From a virus (Duplodnaviria > Caudoviricetes), in the IMG/VR virus record IMGVR_UViG_2593339199_000002, positions 1 to 64,000 of that record: 64,000 nt of DNA; one strand, given 5' to 3'. Below are positions 1 to 10,718 of the stretch, piece by piece (position 1 is the stretch's first letter; every line of letters starts with the position of its first letter). Under the pieces are notes generated by a model. It did no database searches, was not told the origin of the DNA, and saw only the letters and a program-made list of their open reading frames with translations. The position numbers and the translations under genes are program-made.

Positions 1-525
1 CTGGTCGGCAATCACCGAGAAGTATTTCCCCTGCTCTTCGATACCGTTTTCCACCGGTGCCGATAGGTTCATGATAGGGATATACAGCTTTCGGAGCTCT
101 GCCATATCGTGCGATCCGGCATCGAAGAACCCGTGAATCAGCTGCCCCATCTCCTCTTTTTCCTTGGCGAACGCAATGAACGCGTCAATGAGGTCGCCGG
201 CATCCGAGAAGGTTAAGGCATCCGAGTAGATCAAATCGAATGGAAACTTTATAAGATAATCCCACGCCTTTTGAAAGGCATTAGGTTCGATCCTCATGAG
301 ATACACACCCGCGCAGTTTCCTGCGATGGCGTCTTCAAGCCGGTCAATCAGCGGGCCTGAACCAAAGATCGCTTTCGCTGCGGCTGCAGACGAAATGGCT
401 ACGGGATTGTAAAACTCGCCTTGGGTTGATTCTCCGATGAAGACGATCCGCTTTCCAGTCGGAAGGTACGTAGAGAAGTAGCTGTTCGGCAGCGTGGTAT
501 ACTCAATGTTGGCTGAGGGCTGCAT
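1..525 (-). CDS. Putative tail sheath-like protein, N-terminal part (runs off the left edge)
   Basis: Own translation from ATG 525 after GGAGGTGA gives MQPSANIEY...IVFIGESTQGEFYNPVAISSAAAAKAIFGSGPL, resembling sheath N-termini; located in the virion module. Confidence 0.55.
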   Translation of the reverse strand, partial: MQPSANIEYTTLPNSYFSTYLPTGKRIVFIGESTQGEFYNPVAISSAAAAKAIFGSGPLIDRLEDAIAGNCAGVYLMRIEPNAFQKAWDYLIKFPFDLIYSDALTFSDAGDLIDAFIAFAKEKEEMGQLIHGFFDAGSHDMAELRKLYIPIMNLSAPVENGIEEQGKYFSVIADQ

Positions 526-985
526 CGTCCTCACCTCCCTTGTAAACCATCCGGGTGTACGTCATGTGGAACTCGACGCGCCCGCCGGTGCCGCGCTTGG
601 GCTCGTTGAAGCTAATTTCCTGCTTGTCTTTAATGCGGAGCGGGACATCCCCTTGCCATTCGATCTCTAAGATCAGATCGTTTTCGGATGGATTTATGTC
701 ATGCTCCAGGTAATAAATGAAGGCGCCCGGAGTGGTCCGGCCCGCCGGCGACTGTTGGTTAACGCCGGACAGAGACAACGGTACCGCGTTTGGCTTTCGG
801 TAGGATCGGATTTTTTCGATCGTTACGACATAGCCGGTTCCATAGCACTTCGCGCATCCTGCCGTCGATTCCCCGCTTCGCTCACTGTAACACTCGCACC
901 GAAATCGCGGATCCCGCCGAACATAGACCACGGGGTAGCCCACTTGATCCAGAAGCTTGGAGAGATCAGCCCGCAAGTCTCGCAT
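503..985 (-). CDS. Putative neck/head-closure protein with Cys cluster
   Basis: CxC...CxxCxGTG motif; position between head and tail genes. Confidence 0.5.
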   Translation of the reverse strand: MRDLRADLSKLLDQVGYPVVYVRRDPRFRCECYSERSGESTAGCAKCYGTGYVVTIEKIRSYRKPNAVPLSLSGVNQQSPAGRTTPGAFIYYLEHDINPSENDLILEIEWQGDVPLRIKDKQEISFNEPKRGTGGRVEFHMTYTRMVYKGGEDDAALSQH

Positions 986-1779
986 TAGAATCCGCCCCTA
1001 TCATCAGGAGTCGCGGTATTCTTCCGGAAGCTTGCGGAGAGCGGTGTCGTATAACCGCGGCGGTCCCGGTTCATCAGATGATCCATCCAATACTTGCATT
1101 CCCTCTCGACCTCAGACATCATGTTCTGAATAACTTTCAGAACACCGGAGCCAATAACTTGAGGATCAGTCTTTTCTTGAATGGTCAGATCGCCGAGCGT
1201 TGCCGTGGATTCGTTGGCAATTGCGACAGTTGGATCGCCCAGATTCATCTTTTCAGAAAGACGAATGTAAAGCGTTCCAAGCAGCATCTTGGCCGCCTCA
1301 TACGGCACATACCGTGTGACGCCGAAGTATTCGATACGCGAGTCAAGGAGTTCCCGGAAACGTGCATTGTTGACGTCAGGGAACATATTCAGCAGGATAT
1401 ACGCTTTCTGGCCGGCATCGCGAAGCGCCGCGTACACTTCATGGATGGTGAAGTATTCGTAGAGGCTTTTCATGATGCCATGGACCTCGATGGCTTGGTC
1501 GCCGAACAGCGGCCCATACTGACTGGTGAACGTCTGCCTCGCGGTATCGCCCAGGCTGAGGCCTGATTCCGACTTGATCGATTTCTGCGCCACCACCGTA
1601 TAGGTCGTATTGTACAAGAATCCATCCCGCGGCTTGAATACGAGTTTCCTCGCTTTGACTCCAGCTGCCTTTGCTTGATCTAATGTCATGCGAGTGCCAT
1701 CTGCGGTTTCAACCGAAATGGTGCCCGTCATACCATAGACAGACGGGGGCAGGTAGTTCTCAATAGGAATGTTGACCAT
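985..1779 (-). CDS. Virion structural protein (Ig-like N-terminus, possible head-tail adaptor)
   Basis: LVFKPRDGFLYNTTYTV Big_5-like motif; start overlaps the upstream stop codon. Confidence 0.5.
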   Translation of the reverse strand: MVNIPIENYLPPSVYGMTGTISVETADGTRMTLDQAKAAGVKARKLVFKPRDGFLYNTTYTVVAQKSIKSESGLSLGDTARQTFTSQYGPLFGDQAIEVHGIMKSLYEYFTIHEVYAALRDAGQKAYILLNMFPDVNNARFRELLDSRIEYFGVTRYVPYEAAKMLLGTLYIRLSEKMNLGDPTVAIANESTATLGDLTIQEKTDPQVIGSGVLKVIQNMMSEVERECKYWMDHLMNRDRRGYTTPLSASFRKNTATPDDRGGF

Positions 1780-2354
1780 TACTTCACCGCCTTCTCTAAC
1801 GTTCTCAGGATCGTCCCATTCGGATGCACAAACTCGAATTTGTACGTGCCCGGATAGGCCTGCGTGCTCCAATGTCCACCGCTGTCGGTCGAGGCCTTTG
1901 CCACCAACTCGCCCGAGCTGACTGCATAGATATTGACCTTCGCGTTTGGCATCGGCAACCCGTTCATCATGACCGTGGTATAGCCGCCGTTGGACGTGAG
2001 CACCGTGATATCGGATACAAGTACAGGCGCGCTGGGAGCAGCGCCGCTTGCGTAACCCGATCGAACCTGAAAACGCTCTTTGGTGGTGCTTGTAACACCA
2101 TTCAAAGTGGCTTCGTAAGTGACGAGATAATCACCATAACCCCAGTCATCAGACACAAAAATTGCCTTTAGATAACGGCCTGGGCCTATTGATTCCAGTG
2201 TAACATGCTGTACGATAGTAAGACGATCTCCGTCATAATATTCAAGCGATGCGGTGGGAGGAAAATCAGCTGGGATCGGGGCATTATCCTCATCTATATT
2301 CAATAATTCTAAAAGAATCGTTGAGTTCTTCGTGTATACGCCAATAAAATCCAT
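1779..2354 (-). CDS. Virion structural protein, beta-sandwich
   Basis: ORF with RBS; carboxypeptidase-regulatory-like C-terminal motif (TDSGG.W...YPGTY). Confidence 0.5.
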   Translation of the reverse strand: MDFIGVYTKNSTILLELLNIDEDNAPIPADFPPTASLEYYDGDRLTIVQHVTLESIGPGRYLKAIFVSDDWGYGDYLVTYEATLNGVTSTTKERFQVRSGYASGAAPSAPVLVSDITVLTSNGGYTTVMMNGLPMPNAKVNIYAVSSGELVAKASTDSGGHWSTQAYPGTYKFEFVHPNGTILRTLEKAVK

Positions 2355-2414
2355 CGCATCCACCCTCTTTCTTAATTATATGTAATGCCCCCCAATAACT
2401 TGGAGGGCGGACCG

Positions 2415-3308
2415 CTAATTCTTCTGCGCAATAACGTAGAAGCTCTTGCTGTCAACCGTAGAAAGATCCAGGTCTTCATCGAACTCCAGCACGATCTCAC
2501 TAAGCGGTGAACTGGTGATGCCAAATGATAGCGGCACATTCACTTCCTGATCGGCAGGCGTCATTGAAGCAATGCCCAGCGTGTCTAGCCCCTGTTCCGG
2601 AGTGCCGCCCAGCTGGTCCTTCAGGTGATCCAATTCATCCTGCGCATTTGCTCCCGTGCCTGCGGTGTCCGTAGACTGCGCCGTGACCGGCGGCCTGACA
2701 TGGATTTGAATAATGCTGGAGTATGCACTGCGCGTGCCCGCGTCGTTGACGCTTCGGATTCGGGCATAATAGCTGCCCTCCTCTAGCGCCGTTTCCGGCG
2801 TCACTTCAGTTCCATATACCCGGCTGTCGCCTCTTGGCCAGACGAGCACATCGAACGTGTTGCTCCTCGAGATTTCAAGCTCATAGAAGTACGCACGTTC
2901 GGCTGCGTTCCATTTGAAGGTCACAGGATTGGCAACGGATGACAAATGCGATGGCGCGGTTACGACCGGAGGCTTGATATCCTTTATATCTGCTGTGTAG
3001 AACTCCATCATGAACGATTGGTCGAGCAACCTGCCCATGATGTCTTTGAGTCCTTCTTCGCCACCGACCAGCTCCACCTGGTAGTGAGCCAATGGGCTGA
3101 GCTTGGCGGCTGGCTGGATCAGCAGAACCTTGTTGCGGTATTCATAACTGAAGGGCTCCCCTTTTTGGGCGTCCACATTCAGAAGAACAATCGTTTGCGG
3201 CGATAGGGTATCGACGTTGATGTCGATTTTGAAGTAGACCTCAAGGATGATATCCACCGGCACTTTTTCAGCGCGGTGAACCGGATTCGTTCTTAGGACA
3301 ATGTTCAT
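2415..3308 (-). CDS. Ig-like (Big_5)/FN3-domain virion protein
   Basis: P...VP.D....V.F...I...T motif occurs twice; FN3-like YYARIRSVN...SAYS. Confidence 0.65.
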   Translation of the reverse strand: MNIVLRTNPVHRAEKVPVDIILEVYFKIDINVDTLSPQTIVLLNVDAQKGEPFSYEYRNKVLLIQPAAKLSPLAHYQVELVGGEEGLKDIMGRLLDQSFMMEFYTADIKDIKPPVVTAPSHLSSVANPVTFKWNAAERAYFYELEISRSNTFDVLVWPRGDSRVYGTEVTPETALEEGSYYARIRSVNDAGTRSAYSSIIQIHVRPPVTAQSTDTAGTGANAQDELDHLKDQLGGTPEQGLDTLGIASMTPADQEVNVPLSFGITSSPLSEIVLEFDEDLDLSTVDSKSFYVIAQKN

Positions 3309-3613
3309 GGTTGATCCATCGTCCGGTACGTAATCGCTATGACGGCCTTATCAGAAGGTGCCTCCGCGAACACGATGGTCTTTCCATTGATGACATAATC
3401 CTTGGCTGCGCCGCGCATCATGAACATGCCATCTTTGAAAACTTGCTCGCTTTGCGGGATTGGTGTCCACGACAAAACGAATTGCTTATTGACGGTATCT
3501 TTTGCGCCCAGAGGTTCCTCCTGGCTGATCGTCCGCGCGCCCGAGAACTCAGGCATCACGCCGACCTTGACCCGATATTGTGGAAACGTATCATGCGCTT
3601 TGACTCGTGCCAT
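3305..3613 (-). CDS. Small virion structural protein
   Basis: Shares the E.P.G..D..NK.F.L repeat unit with 5950..8046. Confidence 0.6.
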   Translation of the reverse strand: MARVKAHDTFPQYRVKVGVMPEFSGARTISQEEPLGAKDTVNKQFVLSWTPIPQSEQVFKDGMFMMRGAAKDYVINGKTIVFAEAPSDKAVIAITYRTMDQP

Positions 3614-3626
3614 ATCCTTCCCTCCC

Positions 3627-4139
3627 CTATTTCCACTGCACGCAGAAATCGTAGACGACAGGACGGACCGTTCCCGTATACAAGCAATCTACCTTAATCT
3701 GTATGAACTTTGATGCCACAGGCAGGTAGATAGGCTCGTCGATCTTACACGAAACCCAAGAGCCTGAGGAGCCGGTCCGATAGCTGAACTTGACGGTGGC
3801 TCCACTAGCTGGATACTCCTCGTAGTTGGCCAGCAAGTAAATCTCACTGGTCACCGCGGGAAGCTGCAAGAGGGATGTGATCCAAGAGTCGGCATTCATG
3901 GAGTACGACAGTGTGTTTAGCACCGCCGTACTCGCAGCATCCCGATTACTGGTGTCTACGAAAGGTTCGGCAAAGTACGTTTGATATGGCGAAACCAGCA
4001 GCAACATGTCGTAGCGCTCATACATGGTCTTGAGCTTGATCGCCTGCGCGATGTTGGCCTGCATGGTGTTCAAGTGAAAGTCATGCAGGACTTGTCCATC
4101 GAGGAAGCTAATCCGCTTCATGTAGTTGCCTGTTGCCAT
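3627..4139 (-). CDS. Virion structural protein
   Basis: ORF with RBS inside the structural operon. Confidence 0.55.
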   Translation of the reverse strand: MATGNYMKRISFLDGQVLHDFHLNTMQANIAQAIKLKTMYERYDMLLLVSPYQTYFAEPFVDTSNRDAASTAVLNTLSYSMNADSWITSLLQLPAVTSEIYLLANYEEYPASGATVKFSYRTGSSGSWVSCKIDEPIYLPVASKFIQIKVDCLYTGTVRPVVYDFCVQWK

Positions 4140-4156
4140 TTACTTCACCGCCAATC

Positions 4157-5929
4157 TTAGAAGGTTACCGACCAGGTGATTCGCATGCCCGTGTTCTTGT
4201 CTTTGGTGACCGGGCCGATGCCGGAGATGTTGAACATCTTGCCGAGCGTCTGCTCCGTGAACATCGCGACTTGATAGATGTCGTGCGTGTCTTTGTACCA
4301 TTTGTACGAGATCGACACCGTGTCGCCCGTCGCGACGGCCACCTTCAGGATCAGCTGCGTGCCGTCTGCGGACAGGTCGTAGTCCGTGCCGGCAACGAGA
4401 TCCGTTGCGCCTTTCTTAATCGAAAGGACTTGGAGTGCGCCAGCACCGTCTTTGGCGACCGGATGCTGCAGCGAATACGTCGTTTGGCCGGTGTTCATCG
4501 GCAGCACTTCGTCGTTCTGTGTGAGCAGCGGGCCCGGGATACCTTTCGGGAAGTCGGCGACGAACTGAACCGTCGTTCCGGAGTTGATCCGGTATTGGAA
4601 CGTCAACTGACCTGGCGTCTCTACGCCCGGAGCCGGATTCTGCGCGTCCTTGCCCTTCGGCGAAGTCGAGAAGCCGACGATTCCTTGGCTGGGGTTAATG
4701 AGCCATACGTCACCATCGCCGTTGACGAGGCCGCTGTTCGTGATCAGGTACTCGGTAACTTTGTTGTTCAAATCTTCGTGCGTAACGCTGACCAGCTCGA
4801 GCACCGGACCTTGCGACAAGGTGTAGTGCGTGTAATCCACGTTGTCACGTACCTTGTAGGCGATCTCATAGTTGTTGCCTACTGCAGGCGCCGGATTGAA
4901 TTGGATGGTCGCCGTATTGGCGTCCTTGATCGTCACGTTCAGCGTCACGTCAACCGGATTCGCTGGATCCGTGATGTCTCTTGCGCTGACCAGATCCGTA
5001 AGCGGCTTGCCCGCTGCTCCTGGAAGTGCATAAGTGTCCGTTGCTGCACCGACGATTGTATTCGTGAGCGAAGCTTTGGCCATAGGCTGCGTTGGGAAGA
5101 CTTCAAGTTCAGGCTCACCCGTACCGATCGGAGCCGGGTAGCGGATCAGCTGGCGGCATCCTTCAAACTCGGCGTCCATGAGAATCTTCATTTTATCAAG
5201 GCTCGAGAACTCGACCGGCTTGTAGTCTGGGTGACCTGCCGGCTTACCCCCAAGGCCCATGAAGCCGAGGCTGAAACGAACCTTGAAAACGTAGGCAACC
5301 GATACAGCGGCCTTCGCTGTTTCAAAGAACACCTTGCCCGTGCCGTAGTCGATCGTGTACGTTTTGTCTGCGTCCGAAGGAGCTGTACCGCGGGTGAAGG
5401 CTACGCCGCCTACCGTGACCGTCTCCGTGCCGGCGACGAGCTCCACATAAGCGTTGTTCACGCGGCGGAACTCGATAGACACCCGGTTCTTTGGCGCCAC
5501 CGCAAAGTGCAGCAGGCCTTGATCCGCGTCCTTCAGGAACACGTCTTTGTCGATGACAAGATCGACACCATCTACCGTTACTTTCTTCAGCGTAATGATG
5601 TTCGCTACATTCGTCATGACCAGTTCCTGATTGGCATTCGTCGATCCTACGTCAACGGAGTAGCTGCCGTCGATTTGCGGCTGCAGCGATAAGTTGAAGG
5701 CATAGGAGCCATCGGCCCCGGCCACCAGATCGGATGCACCAGCATCCGTCTGATTAGCGCGCACTTTCTTCTTCGGATCCGAAAAAGCAGTGCCGACGAT
5801 TTCATTGGCCGAGAGAACGACCAGGTTCTTCTTTTCTTTCGTGAAGGTCACTTCACCTTGCTCGTTGTAGAGCTCCAGCTTCACATGACCCTTAGCGTTG
5901 ATGTAAGCATCATCTCTTAGCATAGACAT
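4157..5929 (-). CDS. Fibre/baseplate-type virion protein
   Basis: KGHVKLELY...KNLVV N-terminus and ITWSVTF C-terminus; beta-rich repeats; paralogous to 5950..8046. Confidence 0.6.
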   Translation of the reverse strand: MSMLRDDAYINAKGHVKLELYNEQGEVTFTKEKKNLVVLSANEIVGTAFSDPKKKVRANQTDAGASDLVAGADGSYAFNLSLQPQIDGSYSVDVGSTNANQELVMTNVANIITLKKVTVDGVDLVIDKDVFLKDADQGLLHFAVAPKNRVSIEFRRVNNAYVELVAGTETVTVGGVAFTRGTAPSDADKTYTIDYGTGKVFFETAKAAVSVAYVFKVRFSLGFMGLGGKPAGHPDYKPVEFSSLDKMKILMDAEFEGCRQLIRYPAPIGTGEPELEVFPTQPMAKASLTNTIVGAATDTYALPGAAGKPLTDLVSARDITDPANPVDVTLNVTIKDANTATIQFNPAPAVGNNYEIAYKVRDNVDYTHYTLSQGPVLELVSVTHEDLNNKVTEYLITNSGLVNGDGDVWLINPSQGIVGFSTSPKGKDAQNPAPGVETPGQLTFQYRINSGTTVQFVADFPKGIPGPLLTQNDEVLPMNTGQTTYSLQHPVAKDGAGALQVLSIKKGATDLVAGTDYDLSADGTQLILKVAVATGDTVSISYKWYKDTHDIYQVAMFTEQTLGKMFNISGIGPVTKDKNTGMRITWSVTF

Positions 5930-5949
5930 GGTTTTCGTCCCCTCCTCTA

Positions 5950-8046
5950 TTAAAATCCACCGGTAAACGGTTGGCCATCTTTGTTGAGCAGCGTGATCGT
6001 CCACGTTACACGAATGCCCGTGGTAACTTCTTTGCGAGTCTCACCGACGCGAACCAAGGAGAATGCATCAACAGGATAATTGCTGAAACCTTCGATCTTG
6101 TCGTCAGCGCGTGGTCCGTCAAAGAGGCCCATTTCGCGGATCGTCACTTGGCTGTTCGGCGTATTCTCTGGGAACTCCGCGATGAAGGTGACCGAGCCCT
6201 TATCGAGCTGATACCATGGATACGCCGTGCCAGCCTTCGGCTTCTCGATGACAGCGCGCGTATAGCCGGTTGGTACGCCTGGTACTTCATCAGATTCGTA
6301 GAACACTTCGTAGCTCATGATGGCATTGCCGGCGTTGTTGCGGTCGCTGACGATGATCTTGTTGTTTACGGCATCCAGCTTGTACGTGCCTTTGCCGAAC
6401 AGATTGTCGTCCGTCACAACCGTCAGTTGGACACCCGTGCCGTACTCCAGCACTTGAACCGTCTTCGGTGCATTCGGAAGCGTGATCTCTTTTGCAGCCG
6501 TTGTGTTGTTGTAGTCCACGAGGATTGCATCCCCCGTTACCGGTTGCTTGCCGTTTGTGAACGTGATTTTGCCCGTTACCGAGTCCACCGTGTAGTCGAT
6601 CGTCGGTACAATGACTTGTGCGCCGCCGGATGGCGTTTTGTGAACCACGACGCTCGATGCAACCACATTGGGTTTCGAAAGCTGGAATACCTTGTTGTTG
6701 CCATCGATGACACCGGTCGGCACTTCGTTTGCAACCGCGCGGGTCACCGTCACGCTCGTCAGGCCGGAAGCTTGGCGAGCCAGATAGATTTCGCCGGTCA
6801 CATTGAACGTCACGAGCAGATTGGACAGCGCTCGGTTAAAGTAGACCTTGCCGTATTTCGGATCAACGAAATACTTGCCCTCTGCCACTTCGCCCAGCGT
6901 TTCAACCGCCTGCAGCGTGCTCGTGTTGTATTCGATGACGAGGCTCGCCGGATCAATCGGGAAATGCTCCAGCTGAATCATGAACGGCGCGGATGTCGTC
7001 GTGCTGTAGAAGCTTTGCGTGTCGAACGTCTTCGTGAAGGACTCGAACTCATGGATGAGTGCATTCATGTCCTTACTCAGCGCGTCGAAGCGAATACCCG
7101 CTACAACAACCTTTGGAGTAGCGACCGAAGCGTCTGCCCCGCTAAACTCGATCGTAATTTCCGTCTCGACCTCGTTGTTCAGCGCTGTGAACGCTTTGCT
7201 GGCGATCTCAGGCGCCACCAAGGACGAGTCCAACGTTTCGATCGTGTCTTTCAGAACGCCGTTAATGTACACGCCGATTTGACCGCCTTCGTTGGATTTC
7301 TCATACTCCAGGACGAAGTTGCTGATCTTCTCGTGGAACACGATCGTCTCATCGGCGTCGACAGCCACTTTCTTTCCGTCTTCGTCGGTCCACTTGGACG
7401 TGTAAGTCAGGCGTGCGTCCGACAGGTTGACCGGATAGTTTTTGCCATCGCCGAGGCCAATGAACATGTTTGTGTGCGTGCTGTAGATTTCAGCGCCGAG
7501 CGGGATGCAGCCAGGGGCGTCGTTCTTCGTGTGGACCGTGAAAGCCTTCTTCCCGACCTGGGAAGCATCTGCAGCTTCTTCTTTAATAAAGACTGTGTGC
7601 GGACGGTAACTGTAGAACACGTCGAAGTCTTTGTCGTCAACTGCACGCCAGAACACGTTTGGTGCGAAGTTCAACTGGTCGACGCCGCCAACGGCTGCCG
7701 AGATATTGTCGGATAGGCCGACATGATACTTCGGCGAGACATCACCCTTCGGCATGCGAACCTTGTACAAGATTTGATCCGGGTCGCCACTGAATGCGCG
7801 AAGCAGGATTTCTTCAGCGCCTTTGACAACCAGGTTCGCCTGATCGGCCAGAATGCCGAGAACATGGCCGTCATTGTCGATGGACTCGATCCGGATATGA
7901 CCTTTTGGCGCGAACTCGAATGTGTCGTGCAGGCCGCTTTTTTCTTTGCCGCCGACTTTTTGATTGAACTTGGCAATGAGCTCCTGTTTCTTCTCGCCTT
8001 CAGGAAGCATGCCGATCAATTTTTTGATGACATTGAGGTTCATCAC
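5950..8046 (-). CDS. Fibre/baseplate-type virion protein
   Basis: KGHIRIESID...ANLVV and IREMGLF motifs (tail-collar-fibre-like); VTWTITL near the C-terminus. Confidence 0.6.
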   Translation of the reverse strand: MMNLNVIKKLIGMLPEGEKKQELIAKFNQKVGGKEKSGLHDTFEFAPKGHIRIESIDNDGHVLGILADQANLVVKGAEEILLRAFSGDPDQILYKVRMPKGDVSPKYHVGLSDNISAAVGGVDQLNFAPNVFWRAVDDKDFDVFYSYRPHTVFIKEEAADASQVGKKAFTVHTKNDAPGCIPLGAEIYSTHTNMFIGLGDGKNYPVNLSDARLTYTSKWTDEDGKKVAVDADETIVFHEKISNFVLEYEKSNEGGQIGVYINGVLKDTIETLDSSLVAPEIASKAFTALNNEVETEITIEFSGADASVATPKVVVAGIRFDALSKDMNALIHEFESFTKTFDTQSFYSTTTSAPFMIQLEHFPIDPASLVIEYNTSTLQAVETLGEVAEGKYFVDPKYGKVYFNRALSNLLVTFNVTGEIYLARQASGLTSVTVTRAVANEVPTGVIDGNNKVFQLSKPNVVASSVVVHKTPSGGAQVIVPTIDYTVDSVTGKITFTNGKQPVTGDAILVDYNNTTAAKEITLPNAPKTVQVLEYGTGVQLTVVTDDNLFGKGTYKLDAVNNKIIVSDRNNAGNAIMSYEVFYESDEVPGVPTGYTRAVIEKPKAGTAYPWYQLDKGSVTFIAEFPENTPNSQVTIREMGLFDGPRADDKIEGFSNYPVDAFSLVRVGETRKEVTTGIRVTWTITLLNKDGQPFTGGF

Positions 8047-10133
8047 GGGTTCACTCCCTTTAATGTATTGGTGCCAATTTTGAATTTGCCGATTGGCGAG
8101 CCAGTCTCCGATACATCGCCAAGCGCATATAGCACCCGCTCCTTACCGTTTAACTCGAAAGAATCGTTCAGGTTCGGCTCGATGAGCACGTCCTTGGATT
8201 CCCCTTTATCTCGACCGTAATCATCTTTCGGATGCGGCAAATACGTTGGATTTACGAGGCGTGAGAACGCCACTTGCAAGCTGTCCTGCAGACCAGGCGC
8301 AAGGTCGAATCTGCGATCCGCCAGCTCGCCGGCCGCAAGGCCAAAATATTCGTGCAACTGCTGACTCAGGTCAGACCTTGCCGCTGCTTCATCTGTCATG
8401 TCCATGCTCTGCTCATCACGCGCAAGCGAGCGCAGCGAAGGAGCGACGGCGAATGTATCGCCAAGCTGAACATCGAGATGATTGAACAACGCATTGGCCA
8501 AATCCGGCTGCAGCCTGGTTACGTCGCAGCTTTGAATCGATAGGCTGTCCGCTGCGCCTTTTAACAGGCCAAGCGACAACCATGAGAGATCGAGCGCCGT
8601 GACATCGAGCGCTTCTTGACGTTCTGCAGACATCATTTTGTAATGCGTCGCAAACTGTTCACCAATAAGCGCAAGGCCATCGAAATACTCAAACACATCA
8701 TGAAAGGTGCGGAAATCGACGCTATCGGTCATGATTCGCATCAACTCGTCAAGGAGCGCCGCTTCAAAGTCCGTCTCGAGCTTCAGCTCCCCGATGATCA
8801 TAGCCCTCGCCATATCTTTGAGGAACATAGACTTGATGGTTGCGCCATTTGTCTCCAGATCAAATTGAACCACGGCGTCATCCTGGCTGATTGGACCTTT
8901 GGCATCTTCCAGATCCACGCTGACTTCGGCAAAACGCCGATCGACAATGGCATGTGGGAGATATAGATCCTTCATCAGCAGCCGGAGATACTTCATAATC
9001 TCCTCGCCCGGGCTCAGATCCACGACTTCTTGGACCAATTCCCTGAACATTGTCAGTGTTTCCCGCGTCGAATCGAGCATTTTCACGCCCAGATCCTCTT
9101 GGAAGGCAGGCTCTGTTAACAATTTTACCGTACTGCTTGCGTTTAGGAAAAAGCGATCCTCGGGCATTAGGTCATAAGAAACCCGCAATAGCTCACCTTT
9201 TATATCGAAATTGTAACGTCCTTCTAAATAAAGCTGCTTATTTTCACCATTATCTAAAAAGACTTCGATATTCGCCGCTGTAACCACTTTCTCGATGGCG
9301 TCCGCTAGATAATGCTCCATCAGGAGGCCCACGAAATCCGCAGGATTCTGTGTGAAGGTGTCCATTTCTCGGTACATTTTGATCAGCTGCGAGTCCTCAT
9401 TCAGTCCCGCCGAGAAGCTTTCCTTGAGGGATTGCCCCAGCATCGTGCTGACATAGCGTATCGCGCTCTCGACGCGGGAGACAAAGTTCTCGTCGATGCC
9501 CGGCAGCGCGCTGCTATTCATGTCCAGGTTTTCCTGCAGATAAGCCGTCAGACTCTCGAGCGAGTCGAAGCCAATGGAGTACAGCGGTGTCCCCTCCTGG
9601 AACAAGATGGCATGGAAGGTGTCCTCCACAAGCGTCGTCAGGAATGCCTCCAGCTCATCATCATGAACCATCGCGACCAGATCAAGGACATCATGCAGCA
9701 GCTGGAACACTTCGAGGCGGTTGTCGCGGTCCTTGAGCTCTGAATAAACCCAGTCCGTCTTCCACCCGTTTTCGGATACGCCGCGCACTCGATACTGGTT
9801 ATGGTCCTGAACGACGTCGGCATAATCATCATGATGCAGGGTCAGCCAGTACGATTCGGTTATCCCTTGTACGGGCTCGGTCAGTACCGCCTTAATCCGG
9901 AACAGTTTCCCGTCAACGTCAACCATGGCGATGCCGGTGTCTACCGATCGCTGAATCACGGAGCTTGCGATTCTAAGGCCCTGGCCTTCTGCGCGCAATC
10001 GGTAGGTGCCGGTTGTGCCTGGGAATGTCACCTGTCTAAAGAGGCGATCTTCGGAAACATCCTTGAAGTCAACAGGGAAAGGCACGGCTTGAGGTGTCGC
10101 GCTCACCGCTATGGAGAGTCTTGATTCAAGCAT
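8043..10133 (-). CDS. Large acidic virion-associated protein, function unknown
   Basis: 696-aa ORF coupled to the downstream gene. Confidence 0.55.
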   Translation of the reverse strand: MLESRLSIAVSATPQAVPFPVDFKDVSEDRLFRQVTFPGTTGTYRLRAEGQGLRIASSVIQRSVDTGIAMVDVDGKLFRIKAVLTEPVQGITESYWLTLHHDDYADVVQDHNQYRVRGVSENGWKTDWVYSELKDRDNRLEVFQLLHDVLDLVAMVHDDELEAFLTTLVEDTFHAILFQEGTPLYSIGFDSLESLTAYLQENLDMNSSALPGIDENFVSRVESAIRYVSTMLGQSLKESFSAGLNEDSQLIKMYREMDTFTQNPADFVGLLMEHYLADAIEKVVTAANIEVFLDNGENKQLYLEGRYNFDIKGELLRVSYDLMPEDRFFLNASSTVKLLTEPAFQEDLGVKMLDSTRETLTMFRELVQEVVDLSPGEEIMKYLRLLMKDLYLPHAIVDRRFAEVSVDLEDAKGPISQDDAVVQFDLETNGATIKSMFLKDMARAMIIGELKLETDFEAALLDELMRIMTDSVDFRTFHDVFEYFDGLALIGEQFATHYKMMSAERQEALDVTALDLSWLSLGLLKGAADSLSIQSCDVTRLQPDLANALFNHLDVQLGDTFAVAPSLRSLARDEQSMDMTDEAAARSDLSQQLHEYFGLAAGELADRRFDLAPGLQDSLQVAFSRLVNPTYLPHPKDDYGRDKGESKDVLIEPNLNDSFELNGKERVLYALGDVSETGSPIGKFKIGTNTLKGVNP

Positions 10134-10156
10134 AGCGATCCCTGCCTTTCACCGGA

Positions 10157-10633
10157 TTATTTGTTGCGGCTGCCGCGCTTAGCTGCTGCCGGCTCTTGAG
10201 TCGCGGATGGATCCATTGCGTCTGCTGCAGGCTCATTTCCAGCGCTCAGATCGAGGACCAGCTCCGCTTCGCCTTCGGATTGTGCCGTAATGGCATCAGC
10301 CGGATTCGCTTTGACTTGGCCGTGGCCGCTCGTATCCACTTCCATTACCGGACCGCGGGTTGCACCAGCGATTTGGTCTGCGCGCGTCTTCGCCATCTTA
10401 CCGGCAAGATCGTACTTTGCTTTCCATGCATCAACAGCTGCCTGCGGCAGGTCGCCTTCATACAGGTTGAGTGCCGGCGCGGAGCCGAGGATTGCATGTA
10501 CGATGCCGGAGAGATCGGTATTGGCGTCGAAATTGAGCACCTGCACCGGATTACTCGGCGTGATATACATGTTGGTCTTTGGATCGTAGAAGCTGCCCAT
10601 TTGATTGGTCAGGCCAACTTTAATCTCAGGCAT
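10157..10633 (-). CDS. Hypothetical head-associated protein
   Basis: ORF with AAGGAGG RBS directly after the capsid gene. Confidence 0.6.
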   Translation of the reverse strand: MPEIKVGLTNQMGSFYDPKTNMYITPSNPVQVLNFDANTDLSGIVHAILGSAPALNLYEGDLPQAAVDAWKAKYDLAGKMAKTRADQIAGATRGPVMEVDTSGHGQVKANPADAITAQSEGEAELVLDLSAGNEPAADAMDPSATQEPAAAKRGSRNK

Positions 10634-10667
10634 GGGAATACCCTCCTTGGTTCATTTTGAAAGTAAG

Positions 10668-10702
10668 AAAAGCGGGCGAACAGACATCTATTCGCCCGCT
10701 TT
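10668..10702 (-). terminator. Intrinsic terminator after the major capsid gene
   Basis: AAAGCGGGCGAA...TTCGCCCGCTTT inverted repeat. Confidence 0.75.
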
Positions 10703-10718
10703 GGGATCAGATACAGTA

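Noticed and set aside
4133-7716. Long plus-strand ORFs 4133..5692 and 5971..7716
   Set aside because: Antisense shadows of codon-biased structural genes; no RBS or motifs
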